Origin: Candidatus Zhuqueibacterota bacterium
Lineage (GTDB): Bacteria; Zhuqueibacterota; Zhuqueibacteria; Thermofontimicrobiales; Thermofontimicrobiaceae
NCBI GenBank assembly: GCA_049322915.1
Contig: JBMOPW010000002.1
Coordinates: 64,001 to 128,000, forward strand
DNA length: 64,000 bases
Direction: 5' to 3'
In this document: in pieces, positions 10,424 to 23,868 of the stretch
Layout of the letters: each line of letters begins with the position of its first letter
Numbering within the stretch: position 1 is the stretch's first letter
Position numbers and translations under genes: made by a program
Notes under the pieces: generated by a model
Told to the model about the DNA's origin: nothing
Databases searched by the model: none
The model's input: only the letters and a program-made list of their open reading frames with translations

Positions 10424-11758
10424 TTACACTTCTCCAAGCACTCTATCCAAAATTGAAACCGATTCGTCGATCAATTCCAGGGAGATGATGAGCGGCGGGG
10501 CCACGCGCATGACATTGCCATGCAATCCCAATTTGCCAACCATCAGCCCGTTCTCCACGCATCGGAGCACGATTTTCCTGGTCGCCTCGCTAGCAGGCTC
10601 TTTCGTCGCCCGATCTTTGACAAATTCGAGGCCATAGACCATGCCCATTCCGCGCACATCGCCAATGATGGGATGTTTGGCCTGTAATTCCAGGAGTTTC
10701 GTTTTCAAATACGCGCCGGTCTCGGCAGCTTTTTGAACCAGATTTTCTTCATCCATAATTTCCAACACGGCCAGCGCTCCGGCGCAGCTCAAAGGATTCC
10801 CGCCCAAGGTGGAGGACATTTCTCCTGTTTCCAGCGCAGCGATGATGCAGGACTCGGTGACCACTGCGGCGATGGGCACGCCGCAGCCAATCCCTTTACC
10901 CAGCGTGACGATATTCGGCTGCAATTGCTCGTGTTCCAGAGCCCACATTTTCCCGGTGCGGCCGTAGGAGGATTGCACCTCATCGAGAATGAAAATCAGG
11001 TTGCGGGCATTGGCCCACACTTCCAGTTTTTTCAAATAGCCAGCCGGCGGGAAAATGAATCCGGCTGCTCCCTGGTACGGCTCGATGATGAGCGCGCCCA
11101 GGTTGCCGGTCGATTCGTAATTCACAACCTGATCCAGATATTTCAGACAGAAGAGATCGCAGTCCGGGTGCGTTTTACCGAAGGGGCAGCGGTAACAATA
11201 GGGGTAGGGCGCGAACACAGCGCCGGGCAACATCGGGCCGAAATTTCGCTTGATCGATTGAATGCCGGACAGACTCATCGGGCCGAATGTACGGCCGTGG
11301 AATCCGCCCCAGAACGACAGAATTTCGAACTTGCCGCTTTTCCGTCTTGCCATGCGAATGGCGGCGTCGGTGGCCTCAGAGCCGGTGGTGACGAAGAAAA
11401 CTTTGTCCAGATGCGCAGGGAACCGCTCGATGATTTTTTGAGCCAATTCCAATCGCTGCGGCGAGGGAAAATCGTACAGGTTGAGCAGCCGCTCTGCCTG
11501 TTGGGATATCGCCCGGGCAATTTTCGGATGGGCATGGCCTACGTTGGTCACCAGCACGCCGGACGTCCAGTCGATGTAATGATTGCCGTCCACATCCCAG
11601 ATTTCAGCGCCGCGCGCATGGTCCCACACAACCGGGGCCTGCCAGCTAAACGTGGCGCCTTCATATTTTTCAGATAATTTCAGATAGTCATGGGTCTTTG
11701 TAAATTTCATGGTCATCTCCGGGTCAGTGTTGATTTTCAAAATATTTTGGTTCATCAT
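10424..11758 (-). CDS. Class III PLP aminotransferase (GabT-like)
   Basis: WDVDGN, TGSEA, FHGRT, LDEVQSSYGRTG and LGKG motifs. Confidence 0.92.
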   Translation of the reverse strand: MMNQNILKINTDPEMTMKFTKTHDYLKLSEKYEGATFSWQAPVVWDHARGAEIWDVDGNHYIDWTSGVLVTNVGHAHPKIARAISQQAERLLNLYDFPSPQRLELAQKIIERFPAHLDKVFFVTTGSEATDAAIRMARRKSGKFEILSFWGGFHGRTFGPMSLSGIQSIKRNFGPMLPGAVFAPYPYCYRCPFGKTHPDCDLFCLKYLDQVVNYESTGNLGALIIEPYQGAAGFIFPPAGYLKKLEVWANARNLIFILDEVQSSYGRTGKMWALEHEQLQPNIVTLGKGIGCGVPIAAVVTESCIIAALETGEMSSTLGGNPLSCAGALAVLEIMDEENLVQKAAETGAYLKTKLLELQAKHPIIGDVRGMGMVYGLEFVKDRATKEPASEATRKIVLRCVENGLMVGKLGLHGNVMRVAPPLIISLELIDESVSILDRVLGEV

Positions 11759-12599
11759 GCAAATGAATCATGAGGTGAATTCGGCTCCCGGCGCATTCCG
11801 CCAGTCCGAATTGCTGCTTGAAATCTTTGAAAGTGAATGCGCGCTCACTGGTTTCGAGAATTTCCAGATAGGGATCGAGATTGGTTCGGAGGTGTTCGAA
11901 GGTCCTTTTCGCTTCGATCGAGTCGGCGTGCAGAGTGATGATCTGCGTGAACTCTTTTCCCTGATCATCAATGTAATCGCCCACCACGCCGTAATTCCGT
12001 CCCTGCAATTGCAGAATGTCGCCCTCTCCGAACGTGAAAATTGGCTGGAGGCCGTACATCCCGCGGATGATTAATTCCGAGCCGGGGACAAGGTTGAATT
12101 TTGGCAAATGCCGGAGCAAATCGACCGGCGGCGTTTCCGGTATGTTCGAAAGCATGGCCTGCGCCAGCGCAACCAGCACAGGTCTGAACGCGTCATCGCC
12201 ATCGAAATTATTGAGCTGGATGAAGTAATCGCCCTGGACAAAGATCACCTGGTAGGTGTTGCCGGAATTGCGCGCCGCGATCTCTTCCAGGGGCGTTTCC
12301 TTCCCGCATTTCATCAGATAAATTCCCAGCGCCGCTTCAGGGCATTCCATCTGATAGGCTTCGAGGACGATTTCGTGGCTTCCGTTTTGATAAGGCTGCA
12401 CCTGCAATTCGACAAATCCGAATTCGAGAAATAGCTCTGCGCCGCCGTTGATGTGGTTGAACAGATCTTCTTTGGGAAAGCGCAGCAGCGAACCGGATTT
12501 GCTCCAGCCGGGGACGACATCGTTGCCGGGCAGGTCGATGCCGGCAACCAGAGGAGAAGAGAGAGAGAGTAAGAAACCGATTAAAAGTGTTCGGAGCAT
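11724..12599 (-). CDS. Secreted hypothetical protein (DUF6599-like)
   Basis: Signal peptide; LFNHINGGAELFLEFGF motif. Confidence 0.6.
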   Translation of the reverse strand: MLRTLLIGFLLSLSSPLVAGIDLPGNDVVPGWSKSGSLLRFPKEDLFNHINGGAELFLEFGFVELQVQPYQNGSHEIVLEAYQMECPEAALGIYLMKCGKETPLEEIAARNSGNTYQVIFVQGDYFIQLNNFDGDDAFRPVLVALAQAMLSNIPETPPVDLLRHLPKFNLVPGSELIIRGMYGLQPIFTFGEGDILQLQGRNYGVVGDYIDDQGKEFTQIITLHADSIEAKRTFEHLRTNLDPYLEILETSERAFTFKDFKQQFGLAECAGSRIHLMIHLHDEPKYFENQH

Positions 12600-12723
12600 A
12601 GGTTTTACTTGCTGAATTCAGATCGCCCTCAATTTCCGCACCAGGGCGATCATGCGTTGTTTCGGATTATTGCGGATGGCTCATTGGCCAGACCCATGGC
12701 GCGATCTGGCCATGCCGAGCCTG

Positions 12724-13836
<1,113 letters not shown>

Positions 13837-13892
13837 GATGTTCCTTCCGTTGGTGCGTATTCATTTTCTATTTTTGCCACGAAACTCGAAAC

Positions 13893-14038
13893 AAAAAATC
13901 ACAAAATTAAAATCTCAAAATTCAAATAATACTCAATATCCAAAAAGCAAATTCAAAATAAAAAGCAGTAAATTTGGGAGCTTTGTGATTTCGAATTTAT
14001 TTTTATCTGGAATTTGTATTTTGCTTTTTGGAATTTTC
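13893..14038. repeat. Degenerate 7-mer (AAATYYC-like) repeat arms in inverted arrangement
   Basis: A-rich left arm (aaatcac aaaatta aaatctc aaaattc) and complementary T-rich right arm (gatttc gaattt ... ggaatttg ... ggaattttc). Confidence 0.65.
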
Positions 14039-14059
14039 AGTCTTAATCTTTGCCTATGC

Positions 14060-15271
14060 CTATGCCTTTATATGCTGAATTTTCTCCGTGTTGGCGACGC
14101 CCAATCCCAGCCTTTCCCCGTAGTACAAATATTCGGTGAACATGGGGTGCTCATTCACGCGGACGTTTTTCTCCTTCCGAATTGCGAGCAGCAGATTATG
14201 GCACACCATATCCAGCGCAAAGGGATCGGTGGCGAAGAACAGCCGGTTGTAGTTGAATGTGAAAGCCGCATCCGGGCCGGGACCGCCGTCGTACTGGCCG
14301 CGCAGGCCATCGGTGATGTTGAGCACCATTTTATCCCGGATGACCGGAAAGGCCAGCACTTCGGTGCAGACATCGAAGAACAGCGGCCGATGCAGCCGAT
14401 TGGTATTGCACACGGCGCCGTAGCCGATATTTTTCGTGGCCATGGAAATGCCGTTGCCGGTATTTTTGAACACCGGCACATTGATGATTTTCGTCAGTTT
14501 TTTGGTGAGCAAATTGCCGAAATAGGAATGTTTTCCGTTGAACACATGCTGGTTGAGATAGGGCAAATCTTTGGGGCCATCGACGTCGGCCCAGTAAAAC
14601 GCTTCCATGTCAAAATTGGCAGCGCTCACGTGATTGCCGTCTTTGTCCAGCCATTTGCTGTTATCCTCGGTCTTTCCCTCCGCGGCCGCTTCGTCCATCG
14701 TCTGCAATCCCTCGATGCCAATGCCGGGAAAGCGATCCTGTGTAAATCCTGCGTCGGCGAGCATGTAATCGAAACGATCCCAGATGATGATATTCTGCCG
14801 CTTCATGCCATTGTCCGTGAGCCAGGCGATGATGGCGTCGACGACCTCCAGCCGGGTGCTGATCAATCCCGCGCCCACCGGATTGACTTTGATGCCGACG
14901 ATATCCTTTTTATCGAATAACAATTTGAAGCTCTTTTTCAGATTTTTGCCAGTCAGTTTTTCAATCCCGTCTTTCACCATGGCGTTGATGGCGTCGGCAT
15001 TGGGTTTTTCATCGACCAGGGCTTTCTCGTTGAAAATTTCCACCACTTTGCCGGGAAATGGACCGGGCATCGAATTGGCCAGTCGCGGCGCCTTCATTGC
15101 ATCGTCGATATTCGTCTTTGGTTTTTGACGCGCCTGATTGGTTTTATCCTGCGCCCAAAGAGCGGGCGTGCCCAGGACGAGCCCGGCGCCAGCGGCGCTG
15201 CTGACTTTCAGAAATTCACGCCGGTTCACTTCAAAGATCGTTTTCATGGAACGATATCCTGATTTTGCCAT
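14060..15271 (-). CDS. Tat-exported DUF362 domain protein
   Basis: NRREFLK twin-arginine signal; VGIKVN, IINVPVFK, KNIGYG and DPFALD motifs. Confidence 0.85.
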   Translation of the reverse strand: MAKSGYRSMKTIFEVNRREFLKVSSAAGAGLVLGTPALWAQDKTNQARQKPKTNIDDAMKAPRLANSMPGPFPGKVVEIFNEKALVDEKPNADAINAMVKDGIEKLTGKNLKKSFKLLFDKKDIVGIKVNPVGAGLISTRLEVVDAIIAWLTDNGMKRQNIIIWDRFDYMLADAGFTQDRFPGIGIEGLQTMDEAAAEGKTEDNSKWLDKDGNHVSAANFDMEAFYWADVDGPKDLPYLNQHVFNGKHSYFGNLLTKKLTKIINVPVFKNTGNGISMATKNIGYGAVCNTNRLHRPLFFDVCTEVLAFPVIRDKMVLNITDGLRGQYDGGPGPDAAFTFNYNRLFFATDPFALDMVCHNLLLAIRKEKNVRVNEHPMFTEYLYYGERLGLGVANTEKIQHIKA

Positions 15272-15501
15272 GGCTTTCTCCTTGTTGGTTAGACCGTGTT
15301 ACTCCGAATTTTTCACGCTTGATATGATTGGAATATGGGTGTTGCTCATTGCCGGAATTGGCCTGATTCAATCGTCAGTGATGCCCATCTTCAGCCTGTC
15401 TTTCAGCAGTAAAATCAATTGAATGGTTGGCATAATATAATAATAATTCGTGATTCATACAACTTAAAAAATTGATAGGAAGAAATTTTACAAAAAATTA
15501 G

Positions 15502-15662
15502 CCTGCATTATTCATCGTATTTTTAAAGGAGGCTGGCTAACCTGAATGGTGCTCTTTTTAGAATAAACGTATAAAAACTGAGTTTCAAAATAGCTTAGTT
15601 TTTAGCTAGTTGAAAATCTGAATGTTGACTCAAATTCTGAGCAAGTTCATGAATAATTCAGG
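15502..15662. mobile_element. 161-bp MITE with IS1380-like ends
   Basis: TIRs CCTGCATTATTCAT / ATGAATAATTCAGG; flanked by TTAG on both sides; near-identical to 58446-58606. Confidence 0.85.
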
Positions 15663-15681
15663 TTAGATTTTATGCTCTGGT

Positions 15682-15720
15682 AAAAAAAAAAGAACCCGCC
15701 TCTGAGTCGAAGACGGGTTC
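15682..15720 (-). terminator. Intrinsic terminator of the M16 peptidase gene
   Basis: GAACCCG...CGGGTTC hairpin next to an A10 run (U-tract on the minus strand). Confidence 0.75.
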
Positions 15721-15746
15721 GGAATTTTGGCGCAATAATGGCTGAC

Positions 15747-18482
15747 TTATTTTTCAACCGGGCCGGCAATGACCGTTGCGTTGGCTTTCTTGAAATTGAA
15801 ATACGTATTCATGAGCCTGTCCAGACTTTCTTTGGTCACGCTGTTGATTTTGCCGGGGTAGGAGTCCAGATAATCGTAGCCGAGGCCATTCACTTTCATG
15901 TCCAGAACCTGGCCGGCAATCTGCGAATTGGTGTCCACGGAACGGAAGGTTGAGCCGATGAGGTAATTTTTGGCCAGAGTGAGCTCTTCGTCCGTTGGTT
16001 TTTCGGTGAACAGGCGATTCAGTTCGTAATCGGTATTGATGATGCAACTGTCGATGGTGGCTTTGGCAGTGCGTACCGAAGCGACCCAGTGTCCGCCGTT
16101 TTTAAAGCTGCGGAAACCGCTCGTGGCGCCGTATGTCCAGCCGTGCTGGACGCGCAAATTGCGACCCAATCGGCTGCTGAGGGTTGATCCGCCAAAAATA
16201 TAATTCAGCACCTGAAGCGGCACATAATCCGGATTGCTGTAGGTGACGCCGGGGAATCCGTAGAAGACGTCGCCCTGGGCTTTTTCCATCATGGAAACGA
16301 CGCTGCGATGCGATCCTTCCAGCGGCGGTACCGGCGGGATGGCCAGTTCCGGGGATTTCGTACCGGCCTTCCAGTTCCCGAATTTGGCTTTGATCAACTT
16401 TTCAGCTTCGGACAGATTGATGTCGCCGACCAGCACGATCGTTGTCTGTTCCGGTCGGTAATAGTTCGCCCAAAATGTTTTGCAATCGTCCAGCGAAAGA
16501 TTGGCCAACGTGGTTTCATTGCCGGCGCTCTCCTTGCTGTACGGATGATTGGGATACATAATTTTTCGGAAGGCAACATCCGCCACGCTCCGTGCATTTT
16601 TCATCCGCTGCTTGGCTGACGCCACGGCCTGCTGCTTTTCGATCTCAAAGCCATCCTGGGGAAATGAGGGCTTCTGCAGCATGTCGGCGAGAATGGAGAC
16701 AGTGACATCGATGTCCTTTTTCAGGCAGTGAGCCATGAACGACGCGTTTTCCATCCCGGCGCCGATTTCGACGGATGCATTCACGAACTCCAGCGTCTCA
16801 TTGATCTGGTCGTAGCTGCGGGTTGCAGTGCCGCGCCGCATGGTGTTTGCAGTCAATGACGACAATCCCATTTTATCCCAGGGATCATACACGCCGCCGG
16901 CAGTGATGGAGCCGGAGATTGAGACAATCGGCAGTATCTTATTTTCCAGAACGACGAGGGTTATACCATTGCTCAATTTTTTCTCCTTGATCCTCGGCGC
17001 CAGTGGATTAATTTTGATATCGCCAACGGATTGCCCGGATTCGGCCGGCGGAAAGTAGAAATTCATGTCGCCGAACATGGATTCCAACTGATGCTCCGGC
17101 TCTGTCATGCCGTAAAATGTAGTGCGCTGACTGTTGGACGAATGCCCGGCAGCCGCTTCAGATTTGGCGGGAAACAATCGGCCAATGGTCAGGTTGTTCG
17201 GCCGGAAATATTTTTTCGCCACCGCCAGCAGTCCCTCTTTGGTGACTTTCTGAATGGCTTCCAGCTCTTCATCCACATAGTTGTAGGATTTGTACAGTTG
17301 ATATTGCCCAATGGTGAACGCCTGATTCATCGTGCCTTCCTGATCGTAGATCGTGGAAGCCAGCGTGCGGTTTTTCGCCTTCTCCAGTTCCAGGTCAGTG
17401 ACCGGCTCTTCGACGACTTTTCGGATTTCTTCATTGAGTGCGTTCTCGGCTGCAGAGAGTTCCACGCCGGGCATCACGTTCACTGAGAAACTGAAAAGGT
17501 TGGGCAGCTTGCTCAATTCCGCAAAGCCGGATGCCGAAGAAGCCAGTCGCGCTTCGACCAACGCCTTTTCCAGCCGGCTGGTGCGTCCGCTGGAGAGTAT
17601 CTGGGACAGAACGATCAACTCCGCATGTTCGCCGCAACCGAACTCCGGAATATGATACCGATAGGTGAGCACCGGCAGATTGGTTTTCTCGGAATAGCTT
17701 TCGACGATGCGGGTCGAATTCTGCGCAGGCTCCGCTGTCTTCACCGGGGGCACTTCAGGTCCCCGCGGGATGGCGCCGAAATATTGCTTGACCATGTCGA
17801 TGGCTTCGGCAGCATCGATATCGCCGGCAATTACAATGAACGCATTGTTGGGCGTGTAAAATGTTTTGTAGTAATTGTGCACATCCTCGTACGTCATGGT
17901 CTGCAAGTCCGTCATCCAGCCGACCACCGACCAGTGGTAGGGAGAAGCCAGATGGGCGACCGCGCTCACTTCTTCGTCCCAGAGTCCGGTAGGCTGATCT
18001 TCCAGCGTCTGGCGCCGTTCGTTTTGAATGACAATGATTTCGCTCTCGAAATCCTCTTTGGCCATTTTGGAATTGGCCATTCGGTCGGATTCGATGCGCA
18101 TGGCAATGTCCAGCTTGTTTTTGGGCATGATTTCAAAATACACAGTCATGTCATTTGCAGTGCCGGCGTTGAATGTGCCGCCATTGCCCTGAACCATTTC
18201 CATCATCTGGTCGCGGCTCATGGTTGGCGTGCCTTTGAACATCATGTGCTCGCACACATGACTGATGCCGGTGATGCCGGTGCGCTCGTTTTTTGAGCCG
18301 ACCTGATACCACACGGTGAACGCAACGATGGGCGATGTGCGAATTTCCTTGATCAGCACCTTGAGCCCGTTTTCCAGCGTGACCTCTTTAATATCTTCTG
18401 TTTTGGCTAACAGCATCGAATGGAATGCCATCAATGTCACTAACAGAAGAACTGCTATCAAGCGATGGGTCGTTTGCCGCAT
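15747..18482 (-). CDS. Secreted M16 (pitrilysin-family) zinc peptidase, fused two-half form
   Basis: HVCEH (HxxEH) motif in the first half, inactive second half; start placed at ATG 18482 (MRQTTH) after a GGAGG RBS. Confidence 0.92.
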   Translation of the reverse strand: MRQTTHRLIAVLLLVTLMAFHSMLLAKTEDIKEVTLENGLKVLIKEIRTSPIVAFTVWYQVGSKNERTGITGISHVCEHMMFKGTPTMSRDQMMEMVQGNGGTFNAGTANDMTVYFEIMPKNKLDIAMRIESDRMANSKMAKEDFESEIIVIQNERRQTLEDQPTGLWDEEVSAVAHLASPYHWSVVGWMTDLQTMTYEDVHNYYKTFYTPNNAFIVIAGDIDAAEAIDMVKQYFGAIPRGPEVPPVKTAEPAQNSTRIVESYSEKTNLPVLTYRYHIPEFGCGEHAELIVLSQILSSGRTSRLEKALVEARLASSASGFAELSKLPNLFSFSVNVMPGVELSAAENALNEEIRKVVEEPVTDLELEKAKNRTLASTIYDQEGTMNQAFTIGQYQLYKSYNYVDEELEAIQKVTKEGLLAVAKKYFRPNNLTIGRLFPAKSEAAAGHSSNSQRTTFYGMTEPEHQLESMFGDMNFYFPPAESGQSVGDIKINPLAPRIKEKKLSNGITLVVLENKILPIVSISGSITAGGVYDPWDKMGLSSLTANTMRRGTATRSYDQINETLEFVNASVEIGAGMENASFMAHCLKKDIDVTVSILADMLQKPSFPQDGFEIEKQQAVASAKQRMKNARSVADVAFRKIMYPNHPYSKESAGNETTLANLSLDDCKTFWANYYRPEQTTIVLVGDINLSEAEKLIKAKFGNWKAGTKSPELAIPPVPPLEGSHRSVVSMMEKAQGDVFYGFPGVTYSNPDYVPLQVLNYIFGGSTLSSRLGRNLRVQHGWTYGATSGFRSFKNGGHWVASVRTAKATIDSCIINTDYELNRLFTEKPTDEELTLAKNYLIGSTFRSVDTNSQIAGQVLDMKVNGLGYDYLDSYPGKINSVTKESLDRLMNTYFNFKKANATVIAGPVEK

Positions 18483-18956
18483 ATTACCTCCTGAGATTGG
18501 GTTGGAGTGAATGGTGAATTTTAATTTCGTGGTGAATGTTCGTAAGGTTGAGATGTCGTCTAAAGATAATAATTTATTCGGAAAAAACAATAGAAAAGAA
18601 TGAAGACGCCCGGCAGAAGAGAATATTCCACTTCGTTGTCGAATATTCTACAATGGCCCAGGGGAATGAAAATCCGGCACTCGCCCGAGTGCCCGGGAAA
18701 TGCGGTTGAATCGGCCGGCGACGGGCAGTGACGGATGGTACGAAATTTGAACTATCCCGAGGATACGTCAGTTCAACCGTTTGACTGCGATGGAGAGTGA
18801 ACGTATGATGTTGGTGTCGCTCCGCAGCATCAGCTACAACAGATGGAGCGCCGGAACTGCCCGGTCTTATTCGCTGTCGAATAAATAAAACAGGGCATTC
18901 GGATGACGCCGGTTCGCCGGCAAATTACCGATGCAAACAAAGGATGGAAAAAGACA

Positions 18957-21578
<2,622 letters not shown>

Positions 21579-21806
21579 TCCCGGCGCTTTCATCTGACTC
21601 TTCTTTATTGCGCGCCGGCCGTCAGAATTTCAGCTTGACTTTTTCAGAAGGTTAGTTTATATTTTTACATGAAATAGCAAGCGCCTGATGAAAACCGGTC
21701 GTCAGGTGGTTCCGAATCGGAATTGGCGCTGCGCCGCTGAAAAAGTCCTCTGCCACGGAATCCATGGCGCGAGGCGGTGCGATTACTAAAAAGGAGGCTG
21801 TCGCGA

Positions 21807-22499
21807 ATGGTGGAGACAGAACGATCAACAATAGACGTTCAACAATTTTTAGCATCGACCTTTCTCTTTCAGGATTTGTCTGAGGAACAACTGACGGTTG
21901 TGGAGCAGGCGGCGTCCGTCAAGAATATTCCCAAAGGCAGCCATTTGTTTTCAGACGGACAGCCAGCCACGGCTTTTTTCATCGTGGTGACCGGACGATT
22001 GAAAATTTACAAACTCTCTACCGAGGGAAACGAACAAATCCTTCATGTCCAGAATGACAATGATCTGATCGCCGAGGCCGTTATTTTTGATTTTGACACC
22101 TACCCGGCCTATTGCCAGGCGCTGGAAGACGCAACGCTCATCCGCATTTCCAGGACCGATTTCATCGACATGCTGCACCGTTTTCCTGAAATCTGCTTTC
22201 GTATCATGGGCGCTTACTCGCGTCGATTGCGGCTGCTGGTTTCCAAGATCGAGGAAATCTCGCTGCACGACATCAAATCGCGAGTGGCCAATTATTTGAT
22301 GAATCACAGCCAGGTTCAGGATAACCGGTGGCTTTGCACGCTCACGCTCACAAAGAAAGATCTGGCCTCGATGCTGGGGACTATTCCCGAGACACTATCG
22401 AGGACGTTGCATTTCTTCAAACAGCAGAAGTTGATTGAAGAGAAAAAAAACACAATTGTCATTTTGAACAGAGAGAAATTGAAATCTCTGTGTCTGTGA
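21807..22499 (+). CDS. Crp/Fnr-family transcriptional regulator (HcpR/Dnr-like)
   Basis: cNMP-binding-like domain plus C-terminal HTH LASMLGTIPETLSR; AAGGAGG RBS before ATG 21807. Confidence 0.9.
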   Translation: MVETERSTIDVQQFLASTFLFQDLSEEQLTVVEQAASVKNIPKGSHLFSDGQPATAFFIVVTGRLKIYKLSTEGNEQILHVQNDNDLIAEAVIFDFDTYPAYCQALEDATLIRISRTDFIDMLHRFPEICFRIMGAYSRRLRLLVSKIEEISLHDIKSRVANYLMNHSQVQDNRWLCTLTLTKKDLASMLGTIPETLSRTLHFFKQQKLIEEKKNTIVILNREKLKSLCL

Positions 22500-22636
22500 T
22501 GTTTCCCCATGGCCGGATTCCGGCGAAGGAAACTTCCGAACAAGACATAGAACGCTGAATAGTGACGATTATAAAAATCCATGTTAGAAATTTAAGTGCA
22601 ATCTATCCAGGCCTCCGCGAAAAATGCTCCGCCTCC

Positions 22637-22650
22637 TTGACTTTTGTCAA
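22637..22650. promoter_or_regulatory. Fnr/HcpR-like operator
   Basis: Palindrome TTGAC-N4-GTCAA between the Crp/Fnr gene and the Fe-S gene. Confidence 0.65.
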
Positions 22651-22733
22651 TGGTAACTCCGTCCTGCCTGTGTATATTCCTCTCAAAACGAGCAATAAAT
22701 CATTTCATACGAATGAACCGGAGGTATTTGACC

Positions 22734-23522
22734 ATGAAGCGAAAAATAATAACGATCGATGAAGCGCTGTGCAACGGCTGCGGCAACTGCATTGTGGGCT
22801 GTTCCGAGGGTGCGCTGGCGCTGGTGAATGGCAAGGCGAAACTTGTCAGGGAAAACTACTGCGATGGATTTGGCGACTGTGTGGGTGCATGTCCCACCGG
22901 AGCACTGGTGATTGTCGAGCGGGAAGCGGAGGATTTTAACGAGACCGCGGTGAAAGAGCATCTGCTGGAAACCCAGGGCATCGAAGCGGTGTGGCGCATG
23001 GAAGAGGCGCAGGAAAAACATCACGCACATCACGCAGCCGAAGAAATTCATCTGGGCTGCCCCGGTTCGCGCGCGCGGGAAATGGCCAAGTCCGCGCCGT
23101 CAACGCCAGCGACCGCCATGACCGGCGCCCCGGTGATGCCGTCGGAATTGACGCATTGGCCGGTGCAGATCCATCTCGTTCAACCCGGCGCGACCTTTTT
23201 CCGCAACAAAGAACTGGTCGTGATGAGCACCTGTGGCCCGCTGGCCTCTGCAGATGTCCACTGGCGCTATCTGCGGGGACGGAGCGTTGTTGTCGGCTGC
23301 CCCAAACTGGATGACACGCGGAACTACGCAGCAAAACTGGGCCAGATATTGGCTGATTCCACCATTCCGAAAGTCATCATCGCGCGGATGGAGGTGCCCT
23401 GCTGCGGCGGATTGACCATGATCGTGAAACAGGCGGTGCAGCTTTCCGGGCGTGGCAATCTGGTCATGCAGGAAGACGTACTCGGCATTAACGGCGCCAT
23501 TTTATCCAGCCGACTGGAGTGA
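22734..23522 (+). CDS. 4Fe-4S ferredoxin-domain protein
   Basis: CNGCGNCIVGC and CDGFGDCVGACP; GCPGS, WPVQI, GCPKLD and MEVPCC motifs; GGAGG RBS before ATG 22734. Confidence 0.88.
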   Translation: MKRKIITIDEALCNGCGNCIVGCSEGALALVNGKAKLVRENYCDGFGDCVGACPTGALVIVEREAEDFNETAVKEHLLETQGIEAVWRMEEAQEKHHAHHAAEEIHLGCPGSRAREMAKSAPSTPATAMTGAPVMPSELTHWPVQIHLVQPGATFFRNKELVVMSTCGPLASADVHWRYLRGRSVVVGCPKLDDTRNYAAKLGQILADSTIPKVIIARMEVPCCGGLTMIVKQAVQLSGRGNLVMQEDVLGINGAILSSRLE

Positions 23523-23628
23523 TGCGCCTTTGTCCGAATACGGTGCAGCTTCGTTGACGATAATCAGAAAAATGCGATGGGAACTTTGATGACATAAAAT
23601 GATTTAATAGAAAAACATAAATGAAATT

Positions 23629-23856
23629 GTAACTGCTGCTCAGGTTCCAGGTTTCAAGGTTCATCGTTCCGGGTTAAAGAGAATTTTCGTCGCTATCAGG
23701 CATGTCGTCTTGCCACGAAGTCGCCAGGCCACAAAGCTGAGCCTTTAGCTAATTGAAAATCTGAATGTTGACTCAAATTCTGAGCAAGTTCATGAATAAT
23801 TCAGGTTAGATGAATTTTTTTCTTCGTGCCTTTGAGACTTGTGGCTGAGCAGTAAC
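23629..23856. mobile_element. MITE-like element (GTAACT..CTCAG / CTGAGCAGTAAC ends) containing a nested MITE fragment
   Basis: First ~100 bp match 26919-27111; flanks ATGAAATT / TTGAAATT look like an 8-bp duplication with one mismatch. Confidence 0.7.
23742..23805. mobile_element. 64-bp right-end fragment of the 161-bp MITE
   Basis: CCTTTAGCTAATTG...ATGAATAATTCAGG, essentially identical to the 3' part of 58446-58606; followed by TTAG. Confidence 0.85.
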
Positions 23857-23868
23857 TTGAAATTGTAA

